DNA of 64,000 nucleotides from NCBI GenBank assembly GCA_030704615.1, contig CM060734.1, positions 32,054,001 through 32,118,000 on the forward strand, read 5' to 3'. The DNA is from Takakia lepidozioides. Its lineage: Eukaryota; Plantae; Bryophyta. Of the stretch, positions 49,141-63,800 are shown piece by piece. Position 1 is the stretch's first letter, and each line of letters opens with the position of its first letter. Position numbers and translations under genes: made by a program. The notes under the pieces are model-generated. The model had not been told where the DNA came from, did no database searches, and saw only the letters and a list, made by a program, of their open reading frames with translations.

Positions 49141-50048
49141 CGTGCTCCAAGGTAGACGTTTGTGCTCGAAAATCCGACAGCATCAACATTTTGACAAGGT
49201 CCTTTACTGAGGGTGCTAGTGAGCTTTCAACAACATTCATGCAAGTCACGTTGGGCTCCATTGGGCTCTACACGATGAGGAACAACGAACATGTCCAGGC
49301 TTACACAGATGCTAACCCAGCTTATGTTTGCAGTCTGGAGATTGTAGAGTGGTCTCTGAAAACCACCAGGGAGGAAGGCGCTGAGCAGCACGAGAGTATT
49401 TTACCCTGGGTCTTGGCATTTTAATTCATTATCAAACATAATTTAGAGCAAACTCTGATCAAGTCACTGCCCTTTAGCCCCATATGGACCTTCTCCTCAA
49501 GGAACCAAAAAGGCGCCCAGTCCCGTCGCGCAGGCAAGGGATGGCGCACTTCTGCCGTGCTCGCATCAATTTTCCTGCGCAGAATGGGCGGCAAGGATTC
49601 TATCACGCAGTCGATTAACGGGACACAGTGTGGAGGTGATATGGGCACCAGACTTGCCCATGCCGGGCCCTGGATCCTTGCCAGTCATCCGTCGCCAGCC
49701 TCCAGGGATTACCCACAAAGGTAGACTCGCAAATCTTCGCATAAAATATTTGGGTCTTTGCTTTGTGGGTCGGGATCAATTCGAGCAGTCACTACATGCA
49801 TCTTGAGCATTTCATACATCTTGGGAATTTGCCCAGAAAGAACAAATAAAAAAATACGTTGCTTCCGTTTGAAGACCTGATGGGACGAAGACAAAGTGCC
49901 AAATGTGATTCCCTGGAGTGGAGAGCGAGCGAGACGAGTTAATTTCATCACATGTCTACACTAGCATTCCTCAGAAAACTCAGACAATGACGGGCTAAAG
50001 ACCTATGTTTATGTGATGCTTTCGTACAGGCCAGAAATGAGTAGAGAT

Positions 50049-53000
50049 CATCTCTGTCAGGAGTTCTTCTCAGATCCTTTACAGTGGTGAACAACAGGTT
50101 GATAAGGTGAATTTAGCTTCAGTGAGGACGTGAGAAAGTCTGTCAGGGAGAGCTTCCGATTAAGAAGTAGCATGATGATATTTCGTGTACTGGGATTGTA
50201 TCTTGAGTTGTTTAGATCAACTGAGAAATGTGCTCGTTTTGGCAAAAACCGGTTCTTCTTATCAGTAGGTTGTCCTTCCTTGTCAGCAGGGCAGAAAGCA
50301 GCTAGGTGTTCCCTGCTATGTAAACGATGCTTCGAGCATGGCGGTTTTAGCATCGTGTATGCGAGGCTGTGGTGGGATCTATGGCTGCACAGCTGCCCCA
50401 AAGGGTTTTCCGCACAGCAGTCCAAGTTCCCCCGACTTCAGTGATAAGCGCACAAACGAGGCGCTTTTGGATGGAGGGTCGGTCAGATCCTCCTTGGGTG
50501 AAAGCGGAGCAAGCTGCCATTATGCAGGGTCAAGCACAATCTGTTGATTTGAGGTCACTGTGTGACAGGACGACTGAAAAAGGTGTCGCGTATTTTGAAC
50601 CAAGGAGGCATTACAACAAACTCCGATACTTATGTCTGTCTCTTGCAGGAGTGCATCAAGAAGGAAAGACCTAGCACAAGGAAAGCAGGTGCATGCCCAC
50701 ATTATCCAAAGTGGAGTGAAGCCAAACATCTTCCTATACAACACCCTTGTCAACGTGTATGCCAAGTTCGGGAGCCTTGTGAATGCACGCCAAGTTTTTG
50801 ACAAGATGCCAGAACGAAGCTAGCTTACATGGAATACTGTGGTGGCAGGATATGCCAAGCATAACTGTGGTAGGCAGGCTTTGGAGATGTATAAACTATT
50901 GCAATGTGAAGGAGTGACACCTGATCGTGTCACGTTCATTTGCTTTCTCCAGGGCTGTGCCAGCGTGGTAGCCCTGGGAAAGGGCAAAGAGGTCCATGCT
51001 GACATAACGAAAGCTGGAATTGCAGCAGATATCATTCTGGAGACTGCTTTTGTCAACATGTGTGCAAAATGCAGGAGCATGAAGGATGCGCATCAATTGT
51101 TCGACAATATGGCTCAGCGAAATGTTGTCTCATGGAGTACAATAATTGCAGGATATGCTCAGAATGGGTTTGGCAGGGAGGCTTTGGAGATGTATGAACA
51201 AATGATAGGGGAGGGGGTCAGGCCCAACAAGGTCACATTCATCTGCCTTCTCAAGGCATGTGCCAGCCTCGGAGCCCTGGAAATGGAAAAGAAGTTCATG
51301 ATGGAATGATAAAACTGGGGATCATGCCAGATATCATTCTCGACTCTGTTCTAGTCAACATGTATGCCAAATGTGGAAGCATGAATGATGCACGCATGGT
51401 ATTTGAGAACATGGCTGAACGAGATGTCGTCTCATCGCATTGCATTGATTGCAGGATATGCTCAGAATGGGTATGGTAGTGAGGCTTTTGAGATACATGC
51501 TCAAATGGTACCGGAAGGAGTGACTCCAGACAAGGTAATGTTTATTTGCACTCTGAATTCGTGTGCCAGCTCGGCAGCTCTGGAAAAGGGCAGAGAGGTC
51601 CATGCAGATATTATTAAAGCTGGAATTGCATCCTACATAAACTTGGAGACTGCCCTTGTGAACATGTATGCCAAATGTGGGAGCCTGAAGGATGTGTCAA
51701 GTATTTGACAATATGGCTCAACAAAATGTTGTCTCATGGAGTGCAATGATGAAAGGATATGGTCAGCATGGGTGTGGTGGGGAGGCTTTGGAGATCTATG
51801 ACGACATGATACGGGAAGGGAGGACACCTGACAAAAACACCTTCATTGTTGTTCTCAATGCTTGTGCCAGCTTGGCAGATCTGGACAAGGGTAAAGCAGT
51901 CCATACTGACATCATGAAAGCGGGAATTGTACTATATATAGATTTAGAGAATACACTTGTCGACATGTATGCCAGATGTGGGAGCTTAAAGGATGCTCGC
52001 TGTTTGCAAATATGGCTCAACGAAATGTGGTCTCATGGAATACGACGATCGCAGGATATGATCAGCATGGGTCACGGCAGGGAGGCATGGGAGATCTATG
52101 AGGAAATGATACGGGCAGACACCTATTAGTGTTACGAATGTATGTGCCAGCCTGGCAGCCCAGGTAAAGGGCAAAGGGGTCCATGCTGACATCATCAAAA
52201 CGGGAATTTCATCCAACAAGAACTTGGAGATTGCCCCTGTGAATATGTATTACAAATGCGGGAGTTTAGAGGATGCACGTCGAGTGTTTGACAATTGTGC
52301 TCAACAAGATGTGGTTTCATTCAACATAATGATCGCAGGATATGGCCAGCATGGGCGTAGGGGGGCTTGGGTGATGTATGTGCTGATATGGAAAAGGGTG
52401 ACACCCAACAAGATTAAATTCATTTGTGTTCTCAGGGCATGTGGCAACCTGGGAGCCCTAGAAGGTAAAGGCAAAGAGGTCCATGCCGACATCATCAAAG
52501 CTGGAATTGTGCTGGATATCATTCTGGAGAACACCCTTGTGAACATGTATGCCCAATGCGGGAGCTTAAAACGATGCAAGCAAGTGTTTGACAGCATGCC
52601 TCAATGAGATGTTGTTTCATGGAATGCAATGATAGCAGGATATGGCCAGCATGGGCATGGTAGAGAAGCTTGGGAGATCTATGAGAAATGATACGGAAAG
52701 GGGTCATGCCTGACAAGGTCACATACGTTTGTGTTCTCGATGCATGTGCCTGCCAGGAAGCCCTGGAAAAGGGTAAAGAGATCCGTGCTGACAGCATCAA
52801 AGCTAGAATTGCGAATTTGGAGAATACCCTTGTGAAAATGCATGCTAGATGTGGGAGCTTAAAGGACGCTCGTAATGTGTTTGACAATTGGGCTGAAAGA
52901 AATGTGGTCTTATGGAGTGGAATGATTGCAGCATATGCTCAGAAAGGATGAGGTAGGGAAGCTTTGGAGATCTATGAACAGATGATGCGCGAAGGTGTGA

Positions 53001-54120
53001 TCACGCCCAACAAAGTCACTTCCATTTGCGTCTTCGATGCATGTGCCAGCCTGACAGCCCTGGAAAAGGGTAAAGAGGCCCATGCTGACTTGATCAAAGC
53101 TGCAATGTTGCTAGCTATCAGTCTGGAGAACACCCTTGTGGATATGTATGCCAAATGTGGGAGTGTCCACGATGCTCGGCAAGTGTTTGACAACATGACT
53201 GAACGCAACGTGGTCTCACGGAATGCGACGATTGCAGCATATGGTCAACATGGGTGCGGTAGGGAGGCCCTCCACAGGACGATCCAATGCAATGGGAATG
53301 CTGGATGCCAGATGGGGCCACCTTTATCTGTCTTCTCCGTGCATGTAGCCATGTGGGTCTAGTGGATGAAGGTTGTCACTACTTTGGAGTCCCTTAGTCA
53401 ATATCATGGCCTGGCCCCTGCAGTGGGGAACATTTTGGCTGCATGGTGGACCTTCTCGGGCGTGCAGGTCGACTGGATGAGGCGGGGAAGTTAATTAACA
53501 ATATGCTGATTGAACCAGACTCTTCGGTGGGGAGGGCCTTGCTTGGTGCCTGCAGACTTCGTGGTAACTTGGAGATAGCAGAACGTGCAGCAAAACGCCT
53601 TCTCAGGGGGGATCCACAGGACGGTGCAATGTATGTGCTGTTATCAAACATGTGTGCTGCGGCTGGCTTGTGGGACAGTATAGCAAAGGTGAGAAAAACA
53701 ATGGACGACAGAGGTGTCAGAAAGGAGCCAGGGCACAGCTATATTGAGGTGGACAATCAAGTGCATACTTTTGTTGCAGACATCAAATTGCATTCACAGA
53801 TTGAGGAAATCCATGTTGAGCTGAAGGAATTGTCCAAGCGGATGAAGGAGGATGGGTATGTGCCTGACAGGTGCTTCGTATTGCATGAGGCTGATGAAGA
53901 GCAAAAGGAATTCTCCTTTCTCACCACAGTGAGAAGGTAGGCACTACTTTTGGGCTGATTAGCGCCTATCCGAGTAAGAACCTTCGGATCTGTGGTGACT
54001 CCCACACTGCCACCAAGTCCATGTCGAAGATTGCTGGGCAGGGATTACTGATAAAGCAAGCAACGTGCATGTAGGAAAATTCGGATGCAGCCACCGGGTA
54101 ATAGATTGTCATGACATGGT
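50049..54120 (+). pseudogene. Second PDF-PLS-PPR-E-DYW gene, head-to-head with the first; heavily pseudogenised
   Basis: PDF halves HLCQEFFSDPLQW*.NR (50049-50106) and PSSPDFSDKRTNEAL/WMEGRSDPPWV (50418-50500). Many PLS motifs with stops and frameshifts. MVDLLGRAG, YVLLSNM, KEPGHSYIEV, HHSEK..KNLRICGDSH; the terminal DYW is decayed. Confidence 0.9.
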
Positions 54121-55047
54121 TAGCAAAGTGTACATTTGAAAGCATAGAATTGTCTTCACAGAACGTGGCAAACAGTACTACAGTTTGTGTGAGCTGCCAA
54201 TGAATTAGGCAGGGCCGCACCATTGTCAATAGGTATGTGATTTATGTATTGGATTTTCCAATGTACAATGTTTATTGCTTTCCTTCTTATCTGTTGGTAG
54301 GGCGGCACTAGCCCTGACATTGTACTAGCACACCGTTACAGTTGCCAAGCCACATCCTCCCCCATCTTGCGAATGAGAAACACAAATCTCCACACGCGCG
54401 CTTCTTGGAGCCATATGGAGAAATTTTGTAACAGATAACTGACTGTTTTGGTGGACGATTTGACTTGCTTGGCAAATCCCGGTTGGGTGAAATGACAATC
54501 CAGTCATCAGGACCCTGCTGTTGTAGTGACGTTGAAGGTATTTGCACGTTGTAACTGTCGCCGTTTGATAACGAAGAACCGCAGCGAGGCCCAATGGGTT
54601 GGTTTCTTTGCACCCGCTCCTGCAGGCACGGTGGACTCGAGTGTGTGTCTCTCTTTGAATCCTTCTCCTCTCACTGTATCTCTACGGGCAATTCTGTAAG
54701 AAGGAGGTCTCTCTATCTCCATCGCGCTCTTGTTGTGAGGGTCTAGGAATATATGTTGGGCCGCACTCTAATTTCTATCCCGTTCTAGATCAGTCGGTGT
54801 AACTTTGTCTGCATCTACCTGATCTCTCTCCAATTTCTGTGGCTCTCTCCGCCTTTAAGTCTTTCTGGATCAGGTTGCGGGTGTCCAGTAGAATCTCATG
54901 GCTCTCACTAGCTCTGTTCTATCGTGATATTTCTAGATGACTTCTCTCACTCTCTCTCTCACCCACACACACACGCGTTTCTCGATAAGCTCTTTGGCCT
55001 TTGAGTTGTAAAGTTCCCTTCTTGTCTCAGTTTGTCATACTAACGGT

Positions 55048-56788
55048 ATGGCTGAGGCTGCAGCTCTCCAGGCACCAATGTTGGCAGTGAGCTCTCGGCT
55101 AGAAGGGGCTGCAAGTACTGCAGCTTCTTTCCGTCGCCCTCTTCCTCCAGTTAAGGTGAAAAGATCAGTTAAAAACACGGCCTCATCAGGATTCAGAACA
55201 CCAGTCTCTCCAAGGACCTTCAATGACATGATAGGCTCACAGACAGATATGGCTACAGGTCTCACAAACCCTTACAACACATGGGGGCCCACATCGAGGT
55301 ATGGCTACCTTGAGGACGTTTCCCCAACATGGACTCAGAAAAGACACTTCGGAGGCAACCATGTATAGCCCCTCCTTCTCCATACCTTTCCCTTAAGCTC
55401 AGGTTTTATCTCCTGGTATGAAGGAAATTACAGAGCACCACATCTGTAGAAATAGATACTTGCTATCAAGGCCCATTAGTCAAACGCCCTAAAGCTGTGT
55501 AGTAACATGTGAGTACGTGCAAGTGAAGCCAGCTAGATTGGGTTGTGGAGATCACATCCGGTTGGTTTGGCCCAGTAAAATGAGGTCGCAAGCTGATCCC
55601 AAACCGATCTCATCGTTGGTAGTTGACACCGTGAGTGCCGAGCTTGGCACATACTCAAGGGGTTTGAGGATCTGCCATATACACGTTTTGCTGTCATGAC
55701 CGTAGCAGCTGCTCTTTGATTGTACGGGTCCAAAAGGTCAGATCACTAGTCAGGCATCAAGATACCACAGGCTCAACAACAGTAAGATTACGAGTGCTGT
55801 CAAGCCGGGATGGGACCACTGGCTCACATTCTGCACTCGTGTCCATTAGTGTCAAAAGCAGCCATGCGGTTGATGGCCTCGTACGCGGTCAATACTTAGC
55901 TGATATGCGAGGCCTTTGGTTTTCTATGAGGTGCACAAGAAACGAAGCAGCATAGCATCCAACGTCTAACGATCGTAACCTGCAGGATGCATTGATAAAG
56001 CAAAGGCTAGTAGCCAGGAAATTTGGGCACGTACGCCACACAGCTTACCCGAGCGCCCTCGTTGAGCCTACAGAAAAGACCTCGGCCTGGCTGGATACAA
56101 ACAGACGGGAGTTCTGGAGGACCGATGTGGAGAAGGTTTTGCGCAAGGAGGAAGACCGACGCAGGGCTAGGGAAAAGGTGAGCCTCTGTTCTGCCTCTCT
56201 CTCTTTCTTCAACTAATAGAAAAGAGTGAAGCGAGGAAGATCTCTTCTCTCTATACATTATAAACGTTTCTTCTTTGAGGGCTGCTTGTGGAGGGCCCCT
56301 CTCTCTTTCTTATTTCATGCTTTCTCGTGTCACCCATGCCACTGGCAAGAAAGTGGTGACGGGAGGGATAAACAAAAAATAGCATTGGCAGCTGTACTAT
56401 GTAACACCAATCATCCTTGTAAGCTTTCAACATAACCGGGACTTCACAGTCAGGAGAGGGACTAGAGAAAAAGCCAGTTCGCAGCACATCACAATTTTAA
56501 AGAGAGAACTCAATTACCAGGATAATACAGTAATAGGAAGTGGCTGTTCGATCTTTCAATGGGCAGGAGCTTGTGGAGATTTGGGCTAATGAGAAAGCCC
56601 ACAGAAATCAGAGAGCTACAAACTTGAGGGACGTGAAATTCCAAGCATACCGGGATTTGACAGCTGCAATACGCAAGGACCCAGGCTTTCGCAACAACAA
56701 GAGTGGTGCACCCACCATAAACATCATAACCCGAGAACGAATAGGCGAGGAAGAAGCACCCTCATACAAGACTCAGATGGCTGCGTAA
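55048..56788 (+). CDS. Three-exon protein of unknown function (~242 aa)
   Basis: Exons 55048-55362, 55986-56177 and 56567-56788 join through phase-0 GT-AG introns without stops. CT-rich 5' leader upstream. Charged helical C-terminal half. Confidence 0.6.
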
Positions 56789-59700
56789 TTCCTCTTAACA
56801 TCACACCAAAACTTGGAGTGGGTGCATTTCAGTTTGCTCAGAATCTAAAGAAAGCCCACATCAGTCCAATGAACGGAATCTCCATTACAATTGAGAGCTG
56901 TATTGATTGATTAACGTCTTCCCAAGTACATTTCAAACATCAGGAGCTGGGGAATGTGAAAAGTATCTGATGGCAGTAGAGTTTTGATCCTCCACTGTGG
57001 AAGGATGTGGCGCAAGCGATTGACATGTTCATGCCCACGAAACCTTAATAAGGTCACTTCAATTTCGGAGATATGTCTCACTTATGTACAACTGTAGCAA
57101 AGTACACGCCCTACGATTAGGACTGAGCTTTCCTCTTTGCCGGCATGCAGGTGGAGGGCAGCATCAAGGGCGTTACTTCTACAAGAAAAATCCAGTGGAG
57201 CTCGTATGTACAATGTCATCAACTGGCTCAAATGCCCGCCATGCCGGGAATTACCTCCCAAACCAGAAGCCCCACCACCTCCACCTCCCCCCCTTGTGGA
57301 GGTCAAGAAAACCCCCCTCAACACTTCCAAGGGCGCCCTGTCTTATGGACCTTTGTATGGCCCCTATGCCTCCTTGGACTAGCCACCCTCCTTCCCCCCC
57401 CCTTGTACATATCCTTTCCCTCCTTTCTGCCTCTCAAACAATCTCACATCTTCAAGTCTTCTGCTCACAAATTCCCTCTCGTCTCCCTGTAATCCCTCAC
57501 CTTCCCCCCTCTCCCTCTCCTAGAGTTTCCTCCAAAACATCCCTCTTTGCTTCCTCCGAGAGGAAGCCCAGGAGAGAGAAGCTCTCCTGAAGTAAAGAGA
57601 CGAGGATTTTCTGTCCATCGGACGAATATCATTCATTCTACATCTACACGGGAACGTCTCCAGAACAGGGGGCCCACCCCTGGGAACATCCCGAGAACCG
57701 CGACCCGGAACCCGACACTCACAGTTCGGCTTTTAGCGGCTCGCTTCCCGGAATTAGGTCGCCATTATTTCCCACGGCCCAGATTCCCTTCTTGGGAGAT
57801 CCAACGGCAAAGATGTGCTTTCAATTATAGGAGCCGTCTCGTACATGAAGATTAATTATGCCATTGCCGGCTCTTACCCCCCCTTCCGAGAAAACCTTAC
57901 CCCATCCTACTAACTACCCTCCTTTGTAGCGACCATCCCATCACTAATCATCCTCGTTAAATATTTAATAAATACTAATAAAAAACAGATAATAAAAACT
58001 ATTTAATGGTACTAAGAAGCACATTGGGAATTGTGTAGCAGACGGCTAATAATAGATAGATAGATCATTACTACACATAAAAATAAATTCAAAAAATAAA
58101 AATAAAAGCAGCATGATGAGGAATTAACCTGGGGTTGAAGGACGGCTGAACACGGACAACTCAGTAAAAACGTGAGGCGGTGATTATGGGATGATAATAA
58201 TTAGCTTACTTACGCCTTGTTACGTCTGTTGGTTGCCCATTTATTTGCGATGGTCCAGCGGCCGGGTGTGCCTGGGTTCAACTCCCCGTCCTGCACGCAA
58301 GTGCATGTGTCCTGCTGCCAAGATCGACAGTGATTTTGCGAGTACCCAGGAGCTGCGATTTGAACGCAAACGGTATGGGATAATTCAAAATCACGCGGGC
58401 CACTGCAGCCCCAATTTTCAAAAACCCATCTGTCCGCTAACTTCCCGGCCACTGTTGTCGGCCGTCGTTCTCGGATCCGCGGCGCTGGGGCCCACTAGCC
58501 GGTCGCCACAGGGGGGCAGGCGACCGACGGTACCGGTTGCAGCGACCGGGTGTTACCTGCAGTTGGAGTGTAATGTAATCCGAAGTTGACACGCGTGAAA
58601 GTTAAACCGTAGTTAAGGGCGGGCGGGTACAGCGCTTTAAGAACCACGTTTGAAATAGAGCGCAGTTAAATGGGGATTCACACGTGCGGGGCTACTTGGA
58701 TTCACGAATACCGTGCCTCGCTCATTTACTCGTCTTGTCTCATTCGCCCAACCGCTTTGTGCTCTCACTAACCCCACCCCTCCCTCGTTTACTTTTCACC
58801 TACCATTACTAAGTGGGACCATAATCACGTGCTGCCCTCGTAAACCCTAGTCCGAATATACTGCGCAGTACTGACTAATGCGTTTAGAGGAATCTGAGGT
58901 TAGTGTTAAACTCGCGCACCAAGTTACTAAATGCGCGGTCGGTGTTACTAAGTGGGCAGCTGACCGGCAGTAAGGCCGGGCGGGGTTTAGAAGGGATCTG
59001 CGGGGAAGATCCGGGTGGGGGTCGCAGCGATCGCGGCAGGATTTGGTGCTGATCACTGGCGGCAGCCTGCGCGGCGCAAGCTGCCCGCCCGCGTGGCTGG
59101 GATTTCGTCGACGAGATGTGGACGATAAGTGTCCACATCGTTGGCCTGGCCCCCGAAGAAAGGGTGGGCCAGCTCGGGTCGGGCCGGGCCCACAGTAGCT
59201 GGGCCCGGTGGCCCGGGTATCGAGGCACAGATTGCAACGGAAAACGGATTCCGAGTCAGCTGACCTGACGGCACCTCGATTGGCGTGCCGGTTCTGTTGT
59301 GCTGTTCACGCTGCCTCGCTTGTCTCCGTTCACTTTCTGACTGCATGTCACTCTTTAAATGTGGAAAAGGAAACTGAAAACTGTCAGTTTAATAGACTTT
59401 CGTTGCCACGTTTAAATTGGGTCGACTTATCTTGCTTCCGTTTGTATTACTATTTCTGAAACCTCCAAAAACATAGAAAAAAAAGTTTAAAAAATAATAA
59501 TTAATTGCTAGAAACAATATAAAACTCCATCTGCATCCTTTTCTATGATTGAAGGTGTTAGGATTTTTCTCGGCCAAAGCAACATTTAAGCAGGGCTGAC
59601 TATATTAAGAGTAGGCGATAGTACAGCGTTTAAAATGGGCAGATGATTATGAATAAAGGAGGGGAAGGAGGAGGGCAGAGATGAGGCAGTACGATGCTGT

Positions 59701-62700
59701 GGCGCAGACTCGAACACATTGCCGCAATTATTTGCACACTCTCCCAGTCAACCAAACTTGTCAACAAACACTTTGCCTGACCGTCGCAGGCACGGGCAGC
59801 GGGCAGGCGTCTGCGTTAGGGTGTGCATTGGCGGACGCCGTCGGTGGCACTGGCCGTCGTCCCAAAACTGACGTCAGGCCAAATCCGGTGACACGGGCTG
59901 TGGGAAGTTGCGAACGGATCCTGTTGTTGGGAACAACCGGTGATTCAACAGTGGAATTGACCGTGGGAGCGTGCCCACGTGCCCGTATGAAACGACGGGG
60001 ACGTGGCCCGGAATTATATGAACACTTTAGCGCCGGCCCCATGGGAACACGTCATTGAGGAGGTGCATTATTGGGTTGACAACCATCTCTCCGTCCACAT
60101 GCGAATGAATGTGGATGGACCTTCTCATCCACTAACGGAGCTTTACACATAGTAAAGGTGACCGCTTGCATTATTGAGGGGATCCGTAAGACCCGACTAG
60201 TGATTCTTGCAATTTTCAGCTTTCCAATATTCCACAAACCGGTCGACAAAGCCTTTTTGGGCCACTTGGCCCTTCCGTTCACTTGTCCGGAAGATTGATT
60301 GATGGATCGATCAATACGCTCATATTCCCACCTTTTCGCACATGGATGAACTAGAAATGAAAGCCAGGCTCCTGGATGGATACCATCCCATCCAGTGTAG
60401 AACCCAACCCAGTCAATGGATGGTCGGTCTACTGCAGAAGTTTCCTCACTCTCTCAGGTGTGCAGTCGGACAACATTCAGGTGCGGACTAAACTGGACGG
60501 TGGACAAAATTCATTCAGTTACTCCGGACGGCCGCTTCTTTGCACAATTACACACAAACATTATGGGACTCTCGCATGCATTTATATACGTGTTGAAGCT
60601 CCTTCGGAACGAAGATACACCATATTTAATTTACACTCTCACTTCGACCCTCATCAATCAAAAAAAGAAAAAAGCAGTGGCAGGGCGAATGACTGCTGCA
60701 ACAAAGCAAATGAACGTGGGAAAAGTTTGTTCTGTGGTTAATGACCCAAGACAAAACTTACACTGCTTTCCGTCCGTGCTCACCGAGGCCAGCCGTTGAC
60801 AGCTACGAACCGTCCGGAACGACCGTCTGACTGGTCCTGCCCCCCATTCACTCCCTCGCTCGCTGAGACTGTGTCAGCAACAGAATTCGTCCGTCAGGCT
60901 GCCGTCCGTCCACAGATCCCGTCTGCCGTCCAATCCGCCACAAAGCTGCACCGGCCCCGTCAAGTCAACTGCTCTGTCACTTCGTGTGCGCTGATTGCAA
61001 CGACGGACTCAACCATCCACTGTACTTGGATGAAGAATTTGAAGCTGCCCCGTTCTCCCTCGCCGAATGGATGGATGAGTACCGTGGGTGGAGAGTAATC
61101 GGATTTTGAATTTGAATGGGGTGGATGAACGGAATGGAAGTGAGCGGCAGACGCCGTAGACTGGTGGTGCGGGACGAGAAATCGCAGTACAAATCGAGAG
61201 TGGCAGGAATGAGCGCAGAGTGAATGTCACGTATGAATGCGCTCATCATGCCCTTCTCGATTATTCTCGCTGCCCGTTATTCTGCTCCAGGCTTTCTTTA
61301 CTTACCTTCTGAATCATTTCCCGCATCATTCCTCTCTGCATCTTCCTTCTTTCTTTCCTTTCTGTTTTCTCGCAAAGGAATGCAAGGGCTTCGTATGGGC
61401 ACGCGACAAAGAGAGCAAGTGACTCGAGTCACGAGTAATGAAATGATAAGCTTCCCCAAGTTTGGCGGCACTTCCGATGGGGGCCGCTAAATTTGGGGTT
61501 CCGACATTATCCAGTAGCAATAAAGAGAAGGCCGAGGAATGTTGACTGCAGTTACCAGTTACCAGTTACCACCCGCCTGGGGTTCGGTAACTGCAGTTGA
61601 ATTTAATTTTTTTTTGGGGGGGGGAGGAGGAAGCCCGATGAAATGGGGGGTGAGCCGGGGTGGGGCCCGGGCTCGGACAGAGTTGGGAGGAAAGCGTGGT
61701 GGTGAGTTGGGGGTGTGAGTGTGGGAGGTCTGTCTGGCACAGAGCGTGGTTTACCGGCTTGTTCTTCACTCTACTCTGCTCGTCTTCCCCCCTTTTCTCT
61801 GCTATCTCTGCTTTGTATCCTTGCTGACTGTTTGTTTTGCAGCTCACTTTACCTTCTTCCTGTTTGCATCCAGTGCTTTTATGGTAATCGGAGTGATTGC
61901 GTTGTTGTCTTACTGGGTTCCTCCAGTTGGTCTTTTCAGCTCGGCCATGAGCTGACTTTGGTCCTGCTGTTTTGTTCTGCTCCATCAACTGCGTTCCTTC
62001 TCTCCACTTTACCTGGCCTAGTTTTCGTCTGATGTTTCCATCAACTTAGAACTTTCGAGTTTGTCCCACAGTCTTATCCGATTGACGGGTGTTTTGGGAT
62101 TGCCTTGTCTCTTGTCAGCTGCACACAGCAAGTATCCTATAGTGGAGCTTGGACCTCTCCTTGCAACCTCTGTTTCTCTCTGATCACTCTATCCCTGCCG
62201 CTTCAGCTGTTCCTTCTCCGTATTGTATCTTAGTATGTATATGTCAAGCTAGAGTGCCTTATCCAACTGTTTCACTCGTGTGGGCGTTACGGAGTGTCTT
62301 TCTTTGAATAGAGTCTTGTGGAGAATCGCTCGTTGGACCATTCTTGAGCACTCCCTTTTCTCAGCTCAGCCCAGCAGTCAATCCAGAATTTTCTACCATT
62401 CTGTTTATCTTCCCTCTTATTTCCTGGTTTTCTCAGAGGTTTGAATTTTCAGTTCTCCAACTCTAGTATTTTGTTCTGAAAGCGCCTGCCCTTGTTTTTG
62501 GAGAATTTGTATCCTCCCCGTGCACAAGTACGAAGCAGACACTGTCGTGTACGCAAGATCGACAGCTTTAGCCCTCCTACAAACTGAGTTCGGCACACAA
62601 CACTACGCTTGAATTCTCGAGCGCTAGTAGTGATCATCTCGTTCTCACCAACTGACCAACAAGAGATAGTTTCTGGGCCTTCTGGCGTCAACATTCTACA

Positions 62701-62799
62701 CGACTCCGACTGTTTCAAGGAAGTCCTCAAAGTCTCGTAGGCTGTCTTTCTGGATGACTGTGCGAGCACTGCATCACGTGAAATTTTTCTCTCTCATCC

Positions 62800-63800
62800 C
62801 TCACTCTCCATATGTTGAGTTCATCGGCAAGATTGCGCTTTTGATTGGAGGGTGAGCTGCCAAGCCTACATTTGCAAGTATGCTGCATTTCGTCACAGTG
62901 GATTTTTTGGCACTCAAGTCTCCAGGGAACGACCCTCCTAGTACATTGCAGCTGTCTCACAACGCCTCCTTACAGGCTGATAAAATTTCTGCCACGAGCT
63001 CACTGAGTTCAGGTAGATATTTGGGCTGGCTCCAACCAAGTTCCCGCAGGAGTTGTTCGGCAGTTTGAAGAGATATTTGCTTGGCCTCCTGCCAACTGTT
63101 ATCTCTCTGTCGGTCCATCTTTACCCTGAGTATATTGAACGACAGTCTATGTTGTCATACAACCAATCTCAATGTGCTCCCAGTATTCTCTTAATGTTGT
63201 CTCTCTGTGAGACCCTACGTGTATCCTTCAAACGCTCTTTCAGCACGTTTCCTTCTGATACACCATTGTGAAGTTTCGGGGGTGGAAAAGCTTCCCTTTC
63301 CGTTCTTTGACCTGGCGTTCGACTGGCAAGGAGTCTCTGCTCTGCGACACATGAAGGCAATGGATGAGATGATAGAGCCTAGAACTCCCTCTTACTATCA
63401 CAGTGCACAATCTCCCAGGGTGGGGGGTTGTGTGGGTGCCTTCTTCCATTTATTCGATTGGAATTCCGGCAAGCGATTCTTCGCCACCAAGCGCCTCCCT
63501 GCAGGTAAGGCTGTCCCTGCTCAAAAGTCGATTCTATTCTGTTGGCGCATGTCTTGATTTCCTGGTTGCACGATGGAAGTAGGTGGTAGTGTATTGAAGA
63601 AGGCTGATAGGAAGGGGGAAATGGTACCGTGACATTCGAGCTCTTGGACCCACTGGTCGTGAAAAGTCTTCACAAGTCAGACTTCGTCTTTGCTTGTCAG
63701 TTCACTAGCAGCAATGTTAGCAGATGGGAGAGTTCTAAAGCTTCTTGGAGAGGGCACTACCGATCCAGCATCGTAATCTGGAGTTGTTTAGAAGGCAAGG
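62800..63800 (+). pseudogene. Probable highly decayed LRR receptor-like kinase
   Basis: LRR-like remnants (LEGELP, FASMLHFVTVDF..PG..PPS, LQLSHN) are followed by kinase I-IV-like remnants LIGRG/NGTV..LVVKSL and E..LPIQHRNL, across shifting frames. Confidence 0.35.

Noticed and set aside
57080-62050. Many short overlapping ORFs in GC-rich and low-complexity sequence
   Set aside because: No protein motifs; they look like promoter/TE-derived non-coding DNA and I could not define element termini.
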